Shown piece after piece: positions 22,670-24,000 of a DNA stretch of 24,000 bases; positions within the stretch are counted from its first letter, which is position 1, and every line of letters begins with the position of its first letter. The stretch is taken from NCBI RefSeq assembly GCF_003458715.1, contig NZ_QRVI01000001.1, positions 57,997 to 81,996 on the forward strand, in the 5' to 3' direction. The notes beneath the pieces were generated by a model, which did no database searches, had not been told where the DNA came from, and was given only the letters and a program-made list of their open reading frames with translations. The DNA is from Eubacterium sp. AF22-8LB (lineage in GTDB: Bacteria > Bacillota_I > Bacilli_A > Erysipelotrichales > Erysipelotrichaceae). Position numbers and translations under genes: made by a program.

Positions 22670-22679
22670 GCTACTGTTT
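22656..22679. terminator. Perfect 24-bp palindrome AAACAGTAGCCTAGGCTACTGTTT. Candidate bidirectional terminator shared by convergent genes.
   Basis: Read directly from the sequence. The left arm encodes the last residues and stop of the ECF S-component, and the right arm touches the DUF362 stop codon. The genes are only 8 nt apart. Confidence 0.5.
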
Positions 22680-23811
22680 ATTTCATTTCAATCAATTCGT
22701 ATTCTCGATTTCCCAAGCCAATCTTTTGGGCATGTTCTAAACAAGATTTCCATTCCGATTCAGGCGTCGAATTTGTGAAATGGTCATGATGATCACAGAA
22801 GTTTGGATCATGTAGATGTTTATCTAATTGTGATCCTGGCATCGGTTTTGCCTTCATACATAAATCTACACATGCTTGATCTAGGGCAAGCGGATCGAAA
22901 GATGCCAACATTCCAATGTTTGGTAAAATTGGTAAATCATTTTCGGGGTGGCAATCGCAGTTTGGTGAAACATCCACAATTAAAGAAATATGGAAGTTAG
23001 GGCGTCCATCCACAACGGCTTTTGTGTATTCAGCCATACGCTTATTTAATAATTCATTCGCATTGTAGTTATTAAATGAGATCGCATCAAAGTTACATGC
23101 ACCTAAACAACGTCCACATCCAACACAATTTGTTTCATTGATATGCATCTTATGTGTTGTTTCATCATATTCCAATCCATTATTCGCACATTCTTTAAAG
23201 CATTGTTTACAACCACGGCACCGTTTTTCATCAACATGCGGAGTACCTGAACAGTGTTGTTCTTTTTTACCAGCACGCGAACCACATCCCATACCAATAT
23301 TTTTTATGGTTCCACCAAAACCTGTTGATTCATGGCCTTTAAAATGTGTCAAAGAAATAAATACATCCGCATCCATAATAGCTCGACCAATCTTAGCTGT
23401 TTGACAATATTCTCCACCAACAACTGGCACTTCAATATCATCCGTTCCTTTTAGTCCATCTCCTATCAAAATTGGACATCCTACAGTTAATGGTGTAAAG
23501 CCATTTTGCCAGGCACACTCCAAGTGTTCCAAAGCATTTTTTCTTGATCCTGGATACATTGTATTACAATCGGTTAAGAATGGTTTCCCACCTAATTCTT
23601 TTACCACATCCACAATAGCACGTGCATAATTTGGGCGTAAATACGCAATGTTCCCTAATTCTCCAAAATGCATTTTAATTGCGACAAACTTTCCGTCTAG
23701 ATCCAAATCGGCAATTCCTGCTTTTTTTGCCAACAATTGCAGTTTTGTCGGTAGACCCTCACCAAATTTACGGGCATGAAAATCCGTATAGTATACTTTA
23801 GATTTTTCCAT
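22678..23811 (-). CDS. DUF362 domain protein with an inserted 2x[4Fe-4S] ferredoxin-type domain
   Basis: DUF362-like N-terminus (KVYYTDF...VAIKMHFGELGN...RPNYARAIVDVVKELGGKPFLTDCNT) and two CxxCxxCxxxC motifs (CRGCKQCFKEC, CVGCGRCLGAC). Confidence 0.75.
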   Translation of the reverse strand: MEKSKVYYTDFHARKFGEGLPTKLQLLAKKAGIADLDLDGKFVAIKMHFGELGNIAYLRPNYARAIVDVVKELGGKPFLTDCNTMYPGSRKNALEHLECAWQNGFTPLTVGCPILIGDGLKGTDDIEVPVVGGEYCQTAKIGRAIMDADVFISLTHFKGHESTGFGGTIKNIGMGCGSRAGKKEQHCSGTPHVDEKRCRGCKQCFKECANNGLEYDETTHKMHINETNCVGCGRCLGACNFDAISFNNYNANELLNKRMAEYTKAVVDGRPNFHISLIVDVSPNCDCHPENDLPILPNIGMLASFDPLALDQACVDLCMKAKPMPGSQLDKHLHDPNFCDHHDHFTNSTPESEWKSCLEHAQKIGLGNREYELIEMK

Positions 23812-23832
23812 CGAATATCACCTCAATTTTAT

Positions 23833-23860
23833 TTTACAATTCATAAAAAAATGATACAAT
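23833..23860 (+). promoter_or_regulatory. Candidate sigma-A promoter TTTACA-16 nt-(TG)A-TACAAT for the aminotransferase gene
   Basis: TTTACA at 23833-23838 and the extended -10 TGATACAAT at 23852-23860. The start codon lies 29 nt downstream with SD AAGGAAG. Confidence 0.5.
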
Positions 23861-23888
23861 GCAAAAAATGAAAAAAGGAAGTGTGATT

Positions 23889-24000
23889 ATGAAAGAATTA
23901 TCAAAAAGAACCGAGACATTCACAGATTCTGTAATTCGTCGAATGACTCGAATCGCAAATGAATATGATGCGATCAATCTGTCGCAAGGATTTCCTGATT
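23889..24000 (+). CDS. Class I/II PLP-dependent aminotransferase, N-terminal fragment (continues beyond the window)
   Basis: My translation reads MKELSKRTETFTDSVIRRMTRIANEYDAINLSQGFPD, the typical N-terminus of YbdL/MtnE/kynurenine-aminotransferase-like enzymes. Confidence 0.7.
   Translation, partial: MKELSKRTETFTDSVIRRMTRIANEYDAINLSQGFPD

Noticed and set aside
1-24000. CRISPR arrays, tRNA/rRNA genes, large direct repeats and prophage or defence-island signatures
   Set aside because: The window is more than 95 percent coding with only eight short intergenic regions. None contains repeat-spacer periodicity or cloverleaf-like conserved tRNA motifs. No integrase, nuclease or methylase-type genes were recognised.

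Overview
Low-GC, almost fully coding bacterial window (Bacillota-like codon usage and AGGAGG-type ribosome-binding sites). I found no rRNA, tRNA, CRISPR array or transposase. The main feature is a minus-strand gene train of 15 genes and 11.6 kb (18162 down to 6529) in which every junction overlaps or is 13 nt or less. Its order is moaA, moaC, MOSC-MogA fusion, modB, modC, modA, an atypical Cys-tailed MoeA-like protein, an HTH-only ModE-like regulator, DUF3343, selD, yedF, yqeB-family, an EF2568-type NifS-like desulfurase, a YqeC::XdhC fusion, and a VanY-type peptidase. This joins molybdate uptake and Moco synthesis to the marker genes of the poorly understood labile-selenium molybdenum hydroxylase trait. 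No hydroxylase and no moaD/moaE/moeB lie in the window. A second tightly coupled minus-strand train (6443 down to 1690) runs sigma factor, ArAE-family membrane protein, MscS channel, two uncharacterised proteins and a CyuA/YhaM-type cysteine desulfidase. The right flank has a sulfur and methionine-salvage character: Tag, an ArsC-family protein, an MtaD-like amidohydrolase, a MalY/PatB C-S lyase, an ECF S-component, a DUF362 ferredoxin-type protein and an aminotransferase. I corrected several ORF-track start codons using ribosome-binding sites and homology. All family assignments come from motif recognition by eye, not from database searches.
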